A DNA stretch of 64,000 nt from Thecamonas trahens ATCC 50062 (Eukaryota; Protista; Apusomonadida). Shown here one piece after another: positions 28,602 through 40,200 of this stretch. The stretch is from NCBI RefSeq assembly GCF_000142905.1, contig NW_013657642.1:255851-319850 (forward strand), in the 5' to 3' direction. The notes beneath the pieces were generated by a model that was given only the letters and a program-made list of their open reading frames with translations, made no database searches and was not told the DNA's origin. The position numbers and the translations under genes were made by a program. Every line of letters starts with the position of its first letter. Positions within the stretch are counted from its first letter, which is position 1.

Positions 28602-31600
28602 ATGTCCCGTCGCCGCAAGAAACGCACGAGGACTGGTGGAGGTGCCGGCAGTGGAAGGGCTGCTGGGTCTGGTGGTGGGGCTTCTGTTGCCGGTGGTGGG
28701 AGAGGGGGTGGTGGTGGTGGTGGCGGTAGTCCGGCTGGTGACAGTCCGGGGGACAGGACTCGGCGACAGGCAGGTCGGAGTGGCGGAGAGACAGACGTAG
28801 CTCGTCCGCTGCTGCAAGCTGCGGCCTTTCTCTCTCCCGAAGGAAGTAAGTATGTCGAGGATAAGGACGTGGACTCGCCACTTCGTGCTGTGTGGTCGCC
28901 GGTGGTATCTCGTCTTGCGTCTGGCCCTTTGACCGGCGTTCCGTACGAGCGTGTGCTGGAGACTCAGCTAAGAGTCGTTGCCATGCACATGCGCCACGGT
29001 GCGTACGAGCTCGGCCTCGATGTGCTCAAGACTGCGGTTTTGGCGCTGGCGCGAGTCTATTCGGGACCGCTTGCCCTCTTTTCCCGGCTCTACGATCCGG
29101 TCCTCGACACCGCACGGATGTTTATGGCCGCGCTCATCTCGCGCAGCGATCCGTCACTCCTCACCTCGCTGACCACAATTGTGGCCCATCCGATTCGAGT
29201 CGGCGCCGCGCTCTCTCCAGACATCGGCACCAAGCTTGTCGAGTTGTTCGCCCAGGCCGGCTCGGACCTCTCTGCCCGCACGCTTCCGGTCTCGCATCCG
29301 CTCGCGGGCGTGGCCGAGCACATGCACTGGCTCGCGGCTGAGATTGCCGGCTCGCTCCGGCTCCATAACGCCCACGTGGAGCGGCTTATCGCCATGGGCG
29401 ACGCCTTTGTGGAAAAGGCGCTCGCTCTCCGTGCCGCCGGATCGATCGATCCGTTCACCGCTGGCTACCAGCGGGCGACCTCGATGTACAACGCGGCGTG
29501 GCGTGCAGCTCAGAGCCACTCGGACGCCGTCGCCCCGACAACGCTCGCCGCCGCGGCTGTCTCGCTCGCCCGTGTTCCGCTCCTGCTCCTCGCCCACTAC
29601 TCAGGCGACTTTCAGTCGACCCTCGATCGCGCCCGACAGCTCGCTTACTTCAACCCGCATCTTGTGCCTGGTGAGCAGCACATCTCGCTCGCCACCCTTG
29701 TCCGCATGGCCGATCGTCTTGCTAACGCGGGCTGTCACTCGCATGCCCAGTCTATTCTCTGCTTTGCTGTTCAGTATGCCTCACTTTTTGAGGCTCTCCT
29801 CCCGCAGGTTCTGCCTCTCTCTGACAAGCTCGAGCGGACCTCGCAGCTGCTGTATGCCCGCGATCCCGCGAGCGTGCTTGCTGGCAAGCCCGAGCTTGGT
29901 CTCGAATCGTATGACGAGTCCGAGTCGTCGCGAGCCGGCGAGGCCACGTCGTCCGAGGCTGGCGGCTCGCTCGATCTTGCGGCTACAGCTGGCCTCGGAT
30001 CGAGCTCTGGCCGGCATTTTCTCCCGGCCGAGGCCCAGTGGGTTCGCAACCGGCGCATCGTCCTTGCGCTGCGCGTGCTTCTCATGACGCTCTCGGAGCG
30101 CACATTTGGCGCCTCGCCGTTTGGCGGGCCGCAGGCCGAATCCGGCCCAGGATCGGTCCTTCCGCCGTTTTCGGTTCTCGATGCTGATGAGGACATGGTT
30201 CGCTTTGTCTCGATGCTGGTCACCCAGTGGGCTCTCGCGCTCCCACCGTCGACCATCACCTTTTCGGCAGTCTTTCACCACTTTGACACTTGCACCGAGC
30301 TACATGCCGCGCTTCAGCCGCGCGGCAAGGCGTACATGCTGCATCTATACGCCTCGGGCCTCGATGCCTTTCTTGCCTTTCGCGTCCGCGACGCCTTCAA
30401 CTACTTTGGCGCCTCGCCCGAGCCGTTTGCGCTCATCACCGGCTCGACGCTCACCTCGCGCGAGCTGCACCCGTTCTCGGGCCTCGACTCCGTCTTTGTC
30501 GTCGCCCACGACTCGTCGGCCACCGCGTACGTCACTGGCCTGGCGCAGCTGCTCGCCACCGAGCTGTACAACCTCGGCGAGACCCGTGAGCTGACGGATG
30601 TCAACCTTGCGCTGCTCAACGGTTCAGACCTGGACGTGGAGATGGCACCTGGCGCGCTCTCGCCGTCGCCGGCCGATATCTCATCGCCCGGCGCCACTTT
30701 TGGCCTGCCGCTCTCGCTGGACAAGGTGGACAGGACGCGCGCACCATCGCCAGCCGCCTTTGTCTTTTCCCAGCAGAGTGACCGCCCTGGCGAGGTCGGT
30801 TCGTGCCCAGACGCTAATGACGCCGCAAGTAGCGGCTCGTGTTCCGGCTCGGAGAGTGAGTCCGAGGCAGATGTCGCGCTTGGCGGGCGCGACCGGGCCC
30901 GGCCCAACTCAGCCGGCTCCATCGCCGAGCTAGTGGACGCCGAGCGAACTTCGCCGCGATCCGAGTCGGTTTCGCGGCTTTCGGGCCTGAGTCGTAGCTT
31001 AGTCCGCGAGCCGTCAATCGGCGAGAGCGGGCGCCGATCGCGGCCGCGGTCCGCCGACCTCACCCTCGCCTCGCTCAGCCTCGGTGGCGGCGGGCACGAT
31101 GTCGCGCGTGGCCTGCTTACCTTTGATGACGAGCGCCCTGCCGGGAGCTCGGAGCCGACCACGCCGCGGCTGGAAGAGTCGGCCAACATGGCCGGGCTGG
31201 GCCAGCCGGAGAGCACGGCGGCTGAGGCTGCAGCAGTCCGGCTCGAGGCCTCGTTTGTTCTTCACCCAGTTTTACTTTCAGGCGCATCTGGCGGCGCAGA
31301 CCCGAGCGCCGTGGACCTGTTTGAGGCTTATCGGGCGGCCTGCGAGCCGTGTATGGCTGGTGCGCTGTGGTGTGAGTGGGAGACCGGGATGCGGTCGCCG
31401 GCCGGCTCGCTCCTGGCCGGTTTTGCCTACCCGCGCAACTCACGGTATCTCCGTGCGCTTGCATTTAGCGTCAACGACCTGCACGCCGCAGTCATCACTC
31501 CGCTCCTCCTCTTTCTCCCAGTGAGCGCGTACCCAGTGGCGTCGAGCTATGAGGCACTCGGGCATCTGGCGCGAACAGGTGCTGTCTCGTCCAGGATTCT

Positions 31601-33668
31601 CGGCGCGGTCCAGAGCGCGCTGGGCCTTGCATGGGATGCGGCTGTGAGCCGCGGGCTCAAGATGTCGCTGGCCGACGCGCGGATCTCGCTCACTGGGCAT
31701 GCAGGTCTCACCGAAGACCTTGTCCGGGTTGCGTTTACCGTCATCCTCCCACTCTACGTTCTCACGTCGAGTCATACAGCCGAGCTGCCGCCGGGAAGTG
31801 GGATGGAGGCCGCGGGCTCGCTTGCAGCCACGCTCGACGAGTACTGCAGCATCGGCGTGGTGCTTTGGGCGCAGATCACGTTGCACGAGGGCGATGCGCA
31901 CCTGGCTATGCAGCAGCTGCTGTATTTGCTGCAAGAGTTGGAGGCGGCTGGGACCGGCGGTGCGCGGCTCGAGGCAGCGGTGCGGACGGCACTCTCAGAC
32001 TGCTACCTTTACCGCGGGCGGTATCGCGAAGCCGAATCACAGTACGAGCGTGCGGAGCAGTTGCTTGAGGGCAAGCTCGATCCACACCGCAACATTACTC
32101 GGACTGCCGCACCGCACACGGCACTGCTCCGCAAGATTGGCGTCGGCCGAGGCGACGGCGGCGAGTGGGAGCCTATCCGCGGTGGCTTTGTAGCGCCGAG
32201 CGCAGCCCGGCGGGCGCTGGGAGGCCTCATGGATGAGCTCTCAGTCCACGCTCTTGATCTAGGCCATCTCGAGCCGCTCGTCAAGGAGTTTTTTGGCATG
32301 ACGCGGTATCACGCGAACCATGGATGGTGCCAGGCGAGTGTGGAGGCGAGCTGGATGTGGCTGCTCGGGGTGGAGCGTGACCGCACCGGCTTTGCCAGCC
32401 AGCTCGCTGCTGCGCGTGCGGCGTCGGATGCGTCAACTCTGGGGAGCGTGTTGAGCGGGGTCAAGGAGGCTGCGGGCCGGCTGCTGCCGTCAATGATGGG
32501 ATGGGCGTCGGTGACGCCAGCCCTCTCGCACATTCTCCAGCTAGAGTCCGAGGCTAGCAGTGAGGTGGTGCAGGCGATTGATAGCGTGGTACGCGCGCTC
32601 CGGTTTGCCCAGCTCGAGTACCTGCAGGCCAACGCGCCGCGCAAGGCACTGCGGGCGACGGTGGCGGCGTACGCCGAGGCTCAACGCCAGAAGCAAGCCG
32701 GACGGGGCGGGAGCGTGCGCGATGTCGGATCATCCGAGGTCGGCCTTGTCCGACTCCTCGACTTGCTCTTTGTTGAGCTGACCGGAGTGGAGACGATGCG
32801 TGCGCCGATGGCACCGGCATCGGACCACTCGTCGAGCTTGTACCAGGAGGTATGCTTCTCGGAGCTTGCCGCGCTCACCATTCACATAGTCAACGGATCG
32901 ACGGTGCTGTCTGTGGCCGGCAAGAAGCTCCTCTTTTCGGCAATGTCGGACGCGCTGCCGTTTGCGCTGCGGACGCGGCTGGTGGCGCAGGTCTGCCAGC
33001 TCCGCGAGTTTTCGGAGCTCTTTTCGGCATGGGTCGACCCCGAGTCATCGCAGCTGCGGTTTGCGGCGCGGACGCTGGGCGACATCGAGGCTGCGTTGAT
33101 GCGGCACTCGCGCGACACACCGTTCCTCCGGGCCGGGTGCTTGGCGGCGCTCGAGGCGGTGGCGGCCGGCGACGCGGTGACAACGTCGGTGGTGGCTACA
33201 CTCGTCGATGCCATGCGGCGGCGGCCGGGCGATCTCCGGCTGCAGCTCTTTGTCCTCCGTTTTCTTGTCACCCTTGGCGCCCCCGAACATATCGAGGCCA
33301 TTGACCCTAGCCTCTTGTTCAGCGCCATGCGGATCTACCCGACCAACGAGGAGCTTCACTTGAACGCGCTCACGGTGCTGTCGCGGGCGTCGCCGGCGCA
33401 GCTGCGGAGCAGCCTCGACCCGGACGTTGTTGTTTCGTCGCTCGCCCACCACGGCGAGTCGGTTGATGGCCTGACCAAGCTCGCGCTGATGGCCATCGGC
33501 ACCGCCACGCCGCCGCGCGCGCCCATTGCGTGGACCAGGGCGCTCTTTGACAAGCTCACCGACGCTCTCAACGCAGTCATGGCCTCTGCCGAGTCATCGG
33601 CCATGCTTGGCGAACTTGGTGGCATGGTGACAAGTGTGCTTGAGCAGGTCGAGTCTGCTGTGCAGTGA
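28602..33668 (+). CDS. Large helical-repeat protein with degenerate DUF294-like nucleotidyltransferase, HEPN-like domain, TPR and ARM-like segments
   Basis: Uninterrupted ~1690-aa ORF. RATSMYNAAW; PEPFALITGSTLTSRELHPFSGLDSVFVV..YVTGLAQLLATELYNLGET; SSYEALGHLARTGAVSSRILGAVQSALGLA; TPR ALSDCYLYRGRYREAESQYERAEQL; ARM-like SAMRIYPTNEELHLNALTVL. The CDS is secure; the domain calls are from memory. Confidence 0.7.
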   Translation: MSRRRKKRTRTGGGAGSGRAAGSGGGASVAGGGRGGGGGGGGSPAGDSPGDRTRRQAGRSGGETDVARPLLQAAAFLSPEGSKYVEDKDVDSPLRAVWSPVVSRLASGPLTGVPYERVLETQLRVVAMHMRHGAYELGLDVLKTAVLALARVYSGPLALFSRLYDPVLDTARMFMAALISRSDPSLLTSLTTIVAHPIRVGAALSPDIGTKLVELFAQAGSDLSARTLPVSHPLAGVAEHMHWLAAEIAGSLRLHNAHVERLIAMGDAFVEKALALRAAGSIDPFTAGYQRATSMYNAAWRAAQSHSDAVAPTTLAAAAVSLARVPLLLLAHYSGDFQSTLDRARQLAYFNPHLVPGEQHISLATLVRMADRLANAGCHSHAQSILCFAVQYASLFEALLPQVLPLSDKLERTSQLLYARDPASVLAGKPELGLESYDESESSRAGEATSSEAGGSLDLAATAGLGSSSGRHFLPAEAQWVRNRRIVLALRVLLMTLSERTFGASPFGGPQAESGPGSVLPPFSVLDADEDMVRFVSMLVTQWALALPPSTITFSAVFHHFDTCTELHAALQPRGKAYMLHLYASGLDAFLAFRVRDAFNYFGASPEPFALITGSTLTSRELHPFSGLDSVFVVAHDSSATAYVTGLAQLLATELYNLGETRELTDVNLALLNGSDLDVEMAPGALSPSPADISSPGATFGLPLSLDKVDRTRAPSPAAFVFSQQSDRPGEVGSCPDANDAASSGSCSGSESESEADVALGGRDRARPNSAGSIAELVDAERTSPRSESVSRLSGLSRSLVREPSIGESGRRSRPRSADLTLASLSLGGGGHDVARGLLTFDDERPAGSSEPTTPRLEESANMAGLGQPESTAAEAAAVRLEASFVLHPVLLSGASGGADPSAVDLFEAYRAACEPCMAGALWCEWETGMRSPAGSLLAGFAYPRNSRYLRALAFSVNDLHAAVITPLLLFLPVSAYPVASSYEALGHLARTGAVSSRILGAVQSALGLAWDAAVSRGLKMSLADARISLTGHAGLTEDLVRVAFTVILPLYVLTSSHTAELPPGSGMEAAGSLAATLDEYCSIGVVLWAQITLHEGDAHLAMQQLLYLLQELEAAGTGGARLEAAVRTALSDCYLYRGRYREAESQYERAEQLLEGKLDPHRNITRTAAPHTALLRKIGVGRGDGGEWEPIRGGFVAPSAARRALGGLMDELSVHALDLGHLEPLVKEFFGMTRYHANHGWCQASVEASWMWLLGVERDRTGFASQLAAARAASDASTLGSVLSGVKEAAGRLLPSMMGWASVTPALSHILQLESEASSEVVQAIDSVVRALRFAQLEYLQANAPRKALRATVAAYAEAQRQKQAGRGGSVRDVGSSEVGLVRLLDLLFVELTGVETMRAPMAPASDHSSSLYQEVCFSELAALTIHIVNGSTVLSVAGKKLLFSAMSDALPFALRTRLVAQVCQLREFSELFSAWVDPESSQLRFAARTLGDIEAALMRHSRDTPFLRAGCLAALEAVAAGDAVTTSVVATLVDAMRRRPGDLRLQLFVLRFLVTLGAPEHIEAIDPSLLFSAMRIYPTNEELHLNALTVLSRASPAQLRSSLDPDVVVSSLAHHGESVDGLTKLALMAIGTATPPRAPIAWTRALFDKLTDALNAVMASAESSAMLGELGGMVTSVLEQVESAVQ

Positions 33669-33857
33669 TGTGCTCATCTGTCATCACAGCCATCGTATGG
33701 TGCCTGCTATCCGCCATGAGAGGTGGCAGTGCGGCCGAGAGAGCGCCGAGGCCCTTCTATCCACAGCGACCGTTTTCTTTAAACTCTCTCTCTCTCTTAC
33801 ACACACGCACTTGCTTGCTCTTCTCCCATGGTCTTGGGTATGCAGATGACGATGGAG

Positions 33858-34335
33858 TTACTGCTTCATGGCAGCGACACCCGATGCAGCAGCAACCTTG
33901 TCCAGCTCTGCCCGGAGCTGCTGGGAGAAGACATCGGTCAGGTCGTCGTCGTCCCAATCGTCCTGCCACAGCGCTTCCTTGTTCGCCGACTTGGGCGCCG
34001 TCCACTCTATCAGCATACAACGCAAGCCACGCACAAGTCACACACGTGTAAGTATACCCCATTCTCCATACTCCCTATACCTGTACCATCTTCATTCCCC
34101 CGGGAGCCCATGGAACCTTGGCGCGACCTGGCCCTCACGATCGCGATCGCGATCACGACCCGTCGCTGGCCGGCCCGGTCCACCCACCCACCCGCCCACC
34201 CACCGCCCCCCCCGCCCCCGCCCCCGCAACCATACCATTCTCAAACTCCTCAAACTCGTCATCATCGAGAACAGAGATGGGCTGCTTGCCGGTAGGCTTG
34301 GCAGCAGCAGCACTTGTAGAAGAAGAGGCAGACAT
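33858..34335 (-). CDS. SEM1: DSS1/SEM1 (proteasome lid Rpn15); exons 34335-34236 and 34006-33858, 82 aa
   Basis: VLDDDEFEEFEN-E-WTAPKSANKEALWQDDWDDDDLTDVFSQQLRAELDK, the diagnostic DSS1 motifs. The ORF track does not resolve it. Confidence 0.95.
34007..34235 (-). other. Spliceosomal intron in SEM1 (229 nt)
   Basis: GTATGG...GCTGATAG, phase 1. Confidence 0.88.
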
Positions 34336-35132
34336 AGCCAGGTCAGTCAGGTGTGTGCGAGAAAGAGAGAGAGTCTGTGTCTGACTGCGGCAGCGTCTGA
34401 CGGTCAGTCAGCTGGGCTGTGTAGCCCTACCTCCCGTCCTCTCGCCCACTCCCTGGCTACCACCCTACCTACCCAAGGTCTTCGTCTCCATGCCCCCCCC
34501 ACACCATCGATCTTCTTCTCTTTTCTTCGATAACACCATTCTGTGGCTTCAATCTCCTTGTTCTCCCTTTCTCCCTTTCACATTCGTTGTGTGTGTGTGT
34601 GTGTGTGTGGGGGGGGGGGTGACGGAGAGGGTGAAGGGGCGGGAGAGTGTCGGTCGGTGGTGCGACACGTTCGGCAGGTGGTGGTGAGGGGGGGGAGGGG
34701 GGGGGAGGGGGGGGGTCTAGGCAAGGAGAGTGTGACGGTGTGAAAAGAGTAGCACTTGACGCAGGGGCCACCGACATAGACATAGGTATAGGCATTGACG
34801 TTATCCCCTTCCCCTCAATCTCTGCACTATGAGTAGCCTCTCTGGTGATGAGGAGGGTGATGGGTATGGCGGCACCTGTGCGGTGGTGGAAAAATCAAGG
34901 AAGACCGTCCGTCGAGAGGAGACTCGCTGGAGGTCCATGATGAGATGCCTGGTCAAGGGGATGAGTTTGTCGAGTTTAGTCAGACCGATGCCGAGGTCGC
35001 TGGCAGTACCGCTGTTGCTGGTGCCGCCGCTAGCAGCAACAACAACAACAATGACGATGGAGATGGCGATGACGAGCATGATCGTGATCACAATCACAGC
35101 CATAGCCACGTGGGAACCAGAGCGAGCAACCG

Positions 35133-37234
35133 ATGTCGTCAACTATGGCGGCTGTGCACAAGATGGATGGCTTGCAGCCTTGTTCGCCGAGGTCGAACCG
35201 CTCGTCGGTCTCATCGTCGGATGCCGGTGTGGTGTCGATGGCTCGGGTGGAGAAGCGGGGGCATGTCCGTGCTCCGCTGACGCCGAGGACTCGATCGCGT
35301 CAGTCGTCGGCTTCGTCAGGAACCGGCTCGTCTGGCTCGTACTACTCATATTCGTCGTCGGACGAGTGCTCAAGCGACGAGTCCGGTGGTGATGTGCTGT
35401 CGTCGGATGCTGGCGCTGAGGCTGGGCCGTCGGGCGCAAGCGCCAGTGTGAGCGGAGCTGTTGGTGGCAGCAAGCGCAGCTCCGTCCGCAACAGCTTTGC
35501 GGCGGCGAGTGGAGCTGCCGACGTCAGCAGCGGGCTGGGCAGAGCCGACGACAGCGGCGTGAATGGCCTTGGTGAGGATGACAGCGCGCTGGTGCGTGGG
35601 TCGTCCGACGGCCTGCCGACCGACATGCGCTACGACGAGGACGACGAGTCGGGCATGCTGTCGGACACGGTGACTGGCGGGCGGGTGTCACCCACTGGTG
35701 GTCTTCGTGATGGCGGTGACTCTGTCACCTTTGTCCCCGACTCTGGCGCCGGCTGCTCAGAGCCGTCCCGGCTTCTCACCCTGCTGGGTATTCGCGAGGG
35801 CATGCCCGAGGTCCTCACCCAGTCGCTTGGCGACGTGACCGACAATGACAAAAAAGCACTGGAGTATTTGAATGCGCTGCGGGCACAGCACGACGAGATG
35901 CGGACCGCTGTCGCCGAGCTGAACACCGCCAACAAGTCGCTCGCCGCCCTCGTCCGCCACCTCACCCGCAAGTTCAACGTAGTTGCCGAGGCTCTGCCCG
36001 AGTCGCCGTACATTGCGACCGACACAACGTCGGCGCAAGACGCGGCGACTAAGGGCGACTCGGACGAGGACGAGGCGTTTGGCCACCTGCCCGGGCGGGC
36101 GACCCAGATCCTCATGAAGGGCTACGTCAACAAGAAGGGTCGCCGCGTCCGCAACTGGAAGCGCCGCTTCTTTGTCCTCCGCGGCGGCACGCTCTCGTAC
36201 TACACCGACGAGACGTGCGCTACCCGCAAGGGCAAGATGCGGCTCGACCAGTGCCTTGTCGACGGCCTGCGCGAGCGCGATGAGACCGGCCGGGCCTGCC
36301 TCGCCCTCTCGACCAAGGGTCGCACTCTTTTCTTCCAGTCGGACGAGGCCAGGAAAACACCGCGTGGTTCCTTGCCATCTCGTGCATGCAGCAGCAGCTG
36401 GAGTATGCCCGCAACATGCGCGAGACTGGCCAGGCCGCAGACCTGCGTGTCCTCGAGTTCTTCTCCTACCCAATGCGCCACAAGCTCGCACTCTCCGGCC
36501 GCCCGCTCCCACTGGTTGCCGTCACCTCGCTCGACGCCTCGGTCCGCTTCCACTCGATGCTGCATGTGCTCGCTCTGGAGGATGCGTCGCTGACCGACGA
36601 GCATCTCGTCGCGCTCTCGGACGCTCTCGGTCCGAACAAGTCGCTCGGCGTCCTGCACTTGGCGTCCAACTCGTTCTCGCGGACAGGCATTGAGGCGCTC
36701 GCCGCCGCTCTCCGCCAGAATAAGACCATCACCGAGGTGTATCTGGAGAACAACGGGCTTGACGACGACGCTGCCGTTGTTCTCGCCCAGATGCTCTCGT
36801 CCACCCGCCACATCGGCGTCCTCGCTCTCGATGGCAATGCCATCGGTGACGTCGGCGCCGAGGCACTGGCCAAGGCCATCGCCCGCCCGCACCGCCTCAA
36901 CACCCTCGCGCTCGACGACAACGCCATTGGTGATGTCGGCGGCGCCGCGCTCGGCCGCATGCTCGAAGTCAATCCAACCGTTACCAACGTCCATCTCCGC
37001 AGCAACCGCATGACCTCGCGCGGCGTTCTCGCCATCGTCTCCTCGGCGAAGCACCCGACCGCTGCCGTTGCCCGCCTCCTCCTCTCCGGCAACGCCTACG
37101 ATCCGCGCGACATTGCCGCTGCCGTCATGGACCTGGCGCGGACGTCGCGAACCCTCGCCCACGTTGACATTGCGCCCTATGTCCTCGGACATGGCGCCAT
37201 CACCACTCTCCGGCTCCTTCCACTCACACAATGA
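35133..37234 (+). CDS. PH-domain plus RNI-like LRR protein with an apparent 1-nt frameshift at ~36351 (true start may be 34829)
   Basis: PH: MKGYVNKKGRRVRNWKRRFFVLRGGTLSYY..RTLFFQSDE. Its terminal helix ENTAWFLAI lies in the -1 frame, which continues into the LRRs (LxLxxNxIGDVGAEALAKA). Confidence 0.82.
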
Positions 37235-37283
37235 CACGCGCTCACGTACATGATGACACGCTAGCGCAGCCATTCAGCCTCGT

Positions 37284-40200
37284 TTACTCGTTTGCCGGAC
37301 CAAAGCCGCCGCCGCCCGGCGTGTGGATGTGGATCTCGTCACCGACCTCACAGGTGAACGAGGCCTTGCCGCCGAGGTTGACCAAGCCGTCATCGCGGCC
37401 GCGCTTGAGGGTGTTGGTGCCGCGGGCGCCGTCGCTGCCGCCAGCCACGCCGCGTGGCGGCATTGCCCGGCGCTCAGAAAGCATCGAGACTGAGGTTTTC
37501 TTGAGGAACTTGACGACGCGGACGACGCCGTCGCCGCCACGGCGCGCGCCATCGCCGCCCGAGTTCGGGCGGAGCGAGAACTGCTTGAGCAGGACCGGGT
37601 AGCGGCGCTCCAGGATCTCCGGGTCAGTGATTCGGGTGTTGGTCATGTGGGTGTGGACGCCCGATGCGCCATCCCAGCTCGGCCCGGCGCCGGCGCCGCC
37701 GCAGATGGTCTCGTAGTAGCCGTAGGAGAACTCGGGCTCGACACCCGAGGTTGCGGCGTCGTCGCCAAAGGTAAAGTTGTTCATGTCGCCCTGCGAGCAT
37801 GCGGCGGCGCCAAAGGCCTGCAGCAGCACGTCGGTGACGCGTTGCGAAACGAGGACGTTACCGGCGACCACGGCAGCATCAGGCAGCGGCTCCAGCAGCG
37901 AGCCGTACGGAGTGATGACCTCCACGGGCTCGAGGCAGCCTTGGTTGAGCGGAATGTCCTCCGAGACCAACGAGCGGAGGACGTAGATGACTGCCGAGAG
38001 GGTGATGGCCCGCGGCGCGTTGGTGTTGCCCAGCGCCTGCGGCGAGGTGCCGGTAAAGTCAAAGACCGCCCGTCCGGTGGCGGCGTCAATCGAGAGCGCA
38101 AGCGCAATCTTCGCCCCGTCGTCCATGTAGTCGGTGGCGGTGAGGACGAGCGGCGAAGCGCCGGGGCTGGGATCGGCTCCGTGCTTAAGCGCCAGGCCAC
38201 GGAGCATGTCCGACACTGCCATGGCGGCCTTGGCCCGAATCCCATCCATGGCTGCCGTCACCTTGTCGAGCGAGGCCTTGCCGATGAGCTCCTGCATGAG
38301 CGTGATCCCCTTGTGATTCGCCGCAATCTGCGCCTTGAGATCGGTGAGGTTGTCGGCGAGCGCACGCGTGCCTGAGATGCCTGCCGCCGCTGCCTCGGCC
38401 GAGACGTTGCTCAGCACCGCTGTGATGCCGTCCTCCTGGAACTTGCCGCCGTCGACGAGCTTGAACGACTTGATAGCGGCACCCTCCTCGGCGAGAGACT
38501 TGGAAAACGGTGGCATCGAGCCCGGCGTGATGCCGCCGATGTCGGCGTGGTGCCCGCGCGACGCAACGTAGAACGCTGGCTTCTCGTTTCCACCTACAAA
38601 CACCGGAGTCATGACCGTGATGTCCGGCAGGTGCGAACCGCCGGCTGCCGGGTGGTTCGAGCACACCACGTCGCCCTCGCGCCAGGTGTCGCCGAGGGCC
38701 GAGATCTGGTACTTGACCGCCTCTTGCATCGAGCCGAGGTGGACAGGCACGTGCGGCGCGTTGGCCACCAGCCCGCCGTCGGGGCCAAACAGGGCGCATG
38801 AAAAGTCAAGCCGGTCCTTGATGTTGGTCGAGATCGAGGTCCGCTGCAGCGTCACTCCCATCTGCTCCGCAATCGACATGAACCGGTTGGCGTAGATGGA
38901 GAGCTCGATGGGCGAGACGTCAGCCGATGCGGCGGCGTCGGCGGCGCTGGCCGCTGCCGCCTTGCTCATCTGGACCTTGTGCAGGACGAGGTCGCCACCG
39001 TCGAGCGCGGTTGCCTCCCAAGATGGCTCAACCACAATGGTGGCGTTGTTGTCGATGATGAGCGCCGGGCCGGCAAGCTTGGCTCGCGAGTCGGCGAGCT
39101 TTTCCAGCTTGTACACCGGCGTCGTGACCCGGCCACCTGCCGACGCAAAGTAGGTATGGACGGTGGCCTCGGGTGAGCCCGGGGCCGTACCCGGGGCCGA
39201 CATCGGCTTGGCCTGTGACGCGGCCTGGACGGCTTTGGCCGCGTCCGAGAGGCCGACGGCGCGGACCCGGATGTCATCGACCAGGATGTCGCGGCCTTCG
39301 AGGACAAAGCCGTACTCTTGCTTGTACTGCGCGAGGAAGGCAGACTCAAAGGCGGCCGGCTCCATCGAGTCAGCGCGGATCATCAGCGCAGTGTCGGCGC
39401 CATCGAACCTGAGGTTGAGGTACGTCTCGCGGGTGAGCGCTTCGGGCTCAAAGCCGCGCTGGGCAAGCTGGGCAAGCGGATCGACGGCGACGGCGTCAAA
39501 CTTGGCAGCAAGGTCGGCGGCAGCGAGGTCGGCGAGCCGGACGGCGGCAGGCTCCTGTGCCTCGGCCACCATGGGCGCAAGGGCCATGCCGTAGGCCGAG
39601 AGCACGCCCGAGTGGCGGTGGATAAAGATGGAGGCCATGTCGAGCGAGTCGGCAATGGCGCACGCGTGCTGCCCGCCAGCGCCGCCAAAGACAGACAGAA
39701 TGTGGTCGGCGGTGGCGTAGCCCTTGGCCTCTGTGATGGAGCGGATCGGCCGGCACATGGCTTCGTTGGCAACCGCAAGGAAGCCCGCAGCAACCTCGTC
39801 GAGGCTCTGCACCTCGGGCGTCTCGCCCAGTGCCTCTGCCTCGCGGGCGAGGTCAGCGTTGATCTGGTTGGCGAGGGTCTCAAAGGCGACGGTTGTCGCC
39901 GCCAAATCGAGCGGCTCGGCTTCCGACTCACCAAAGATGGCAGGAAAGAAGGCTGGATCGAGTCGGCCGAGGAAGAGGTTGGCGTCAGTGACTGCGAGAT
40001 CGCCGCCCTTGCGGTAGCAGACCGGGCCCGGATGGGCACCAACAGACTCGGGCCCGACCTGGTACATGTAGTTGGAAAAGTGGAGCTTGGAGCCTCCGCC
40101 AGCGGCGACGGTGGTGATGTCCAGCTGCGGTGCCTGAGTGGTCACGCCGGCGGTCTCCGACTCGTAAACAAACTCAAAGGCGTTGTCAAAGCGAGAAACG

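Noticed and set aside
34040-34060. ATACTTAC on the - strand resembling the U1 snRNA 5' end
   Set aside because: The match stops after 8 nt (no CTG, stems or Sm site) and lies in the SEM1 intron.
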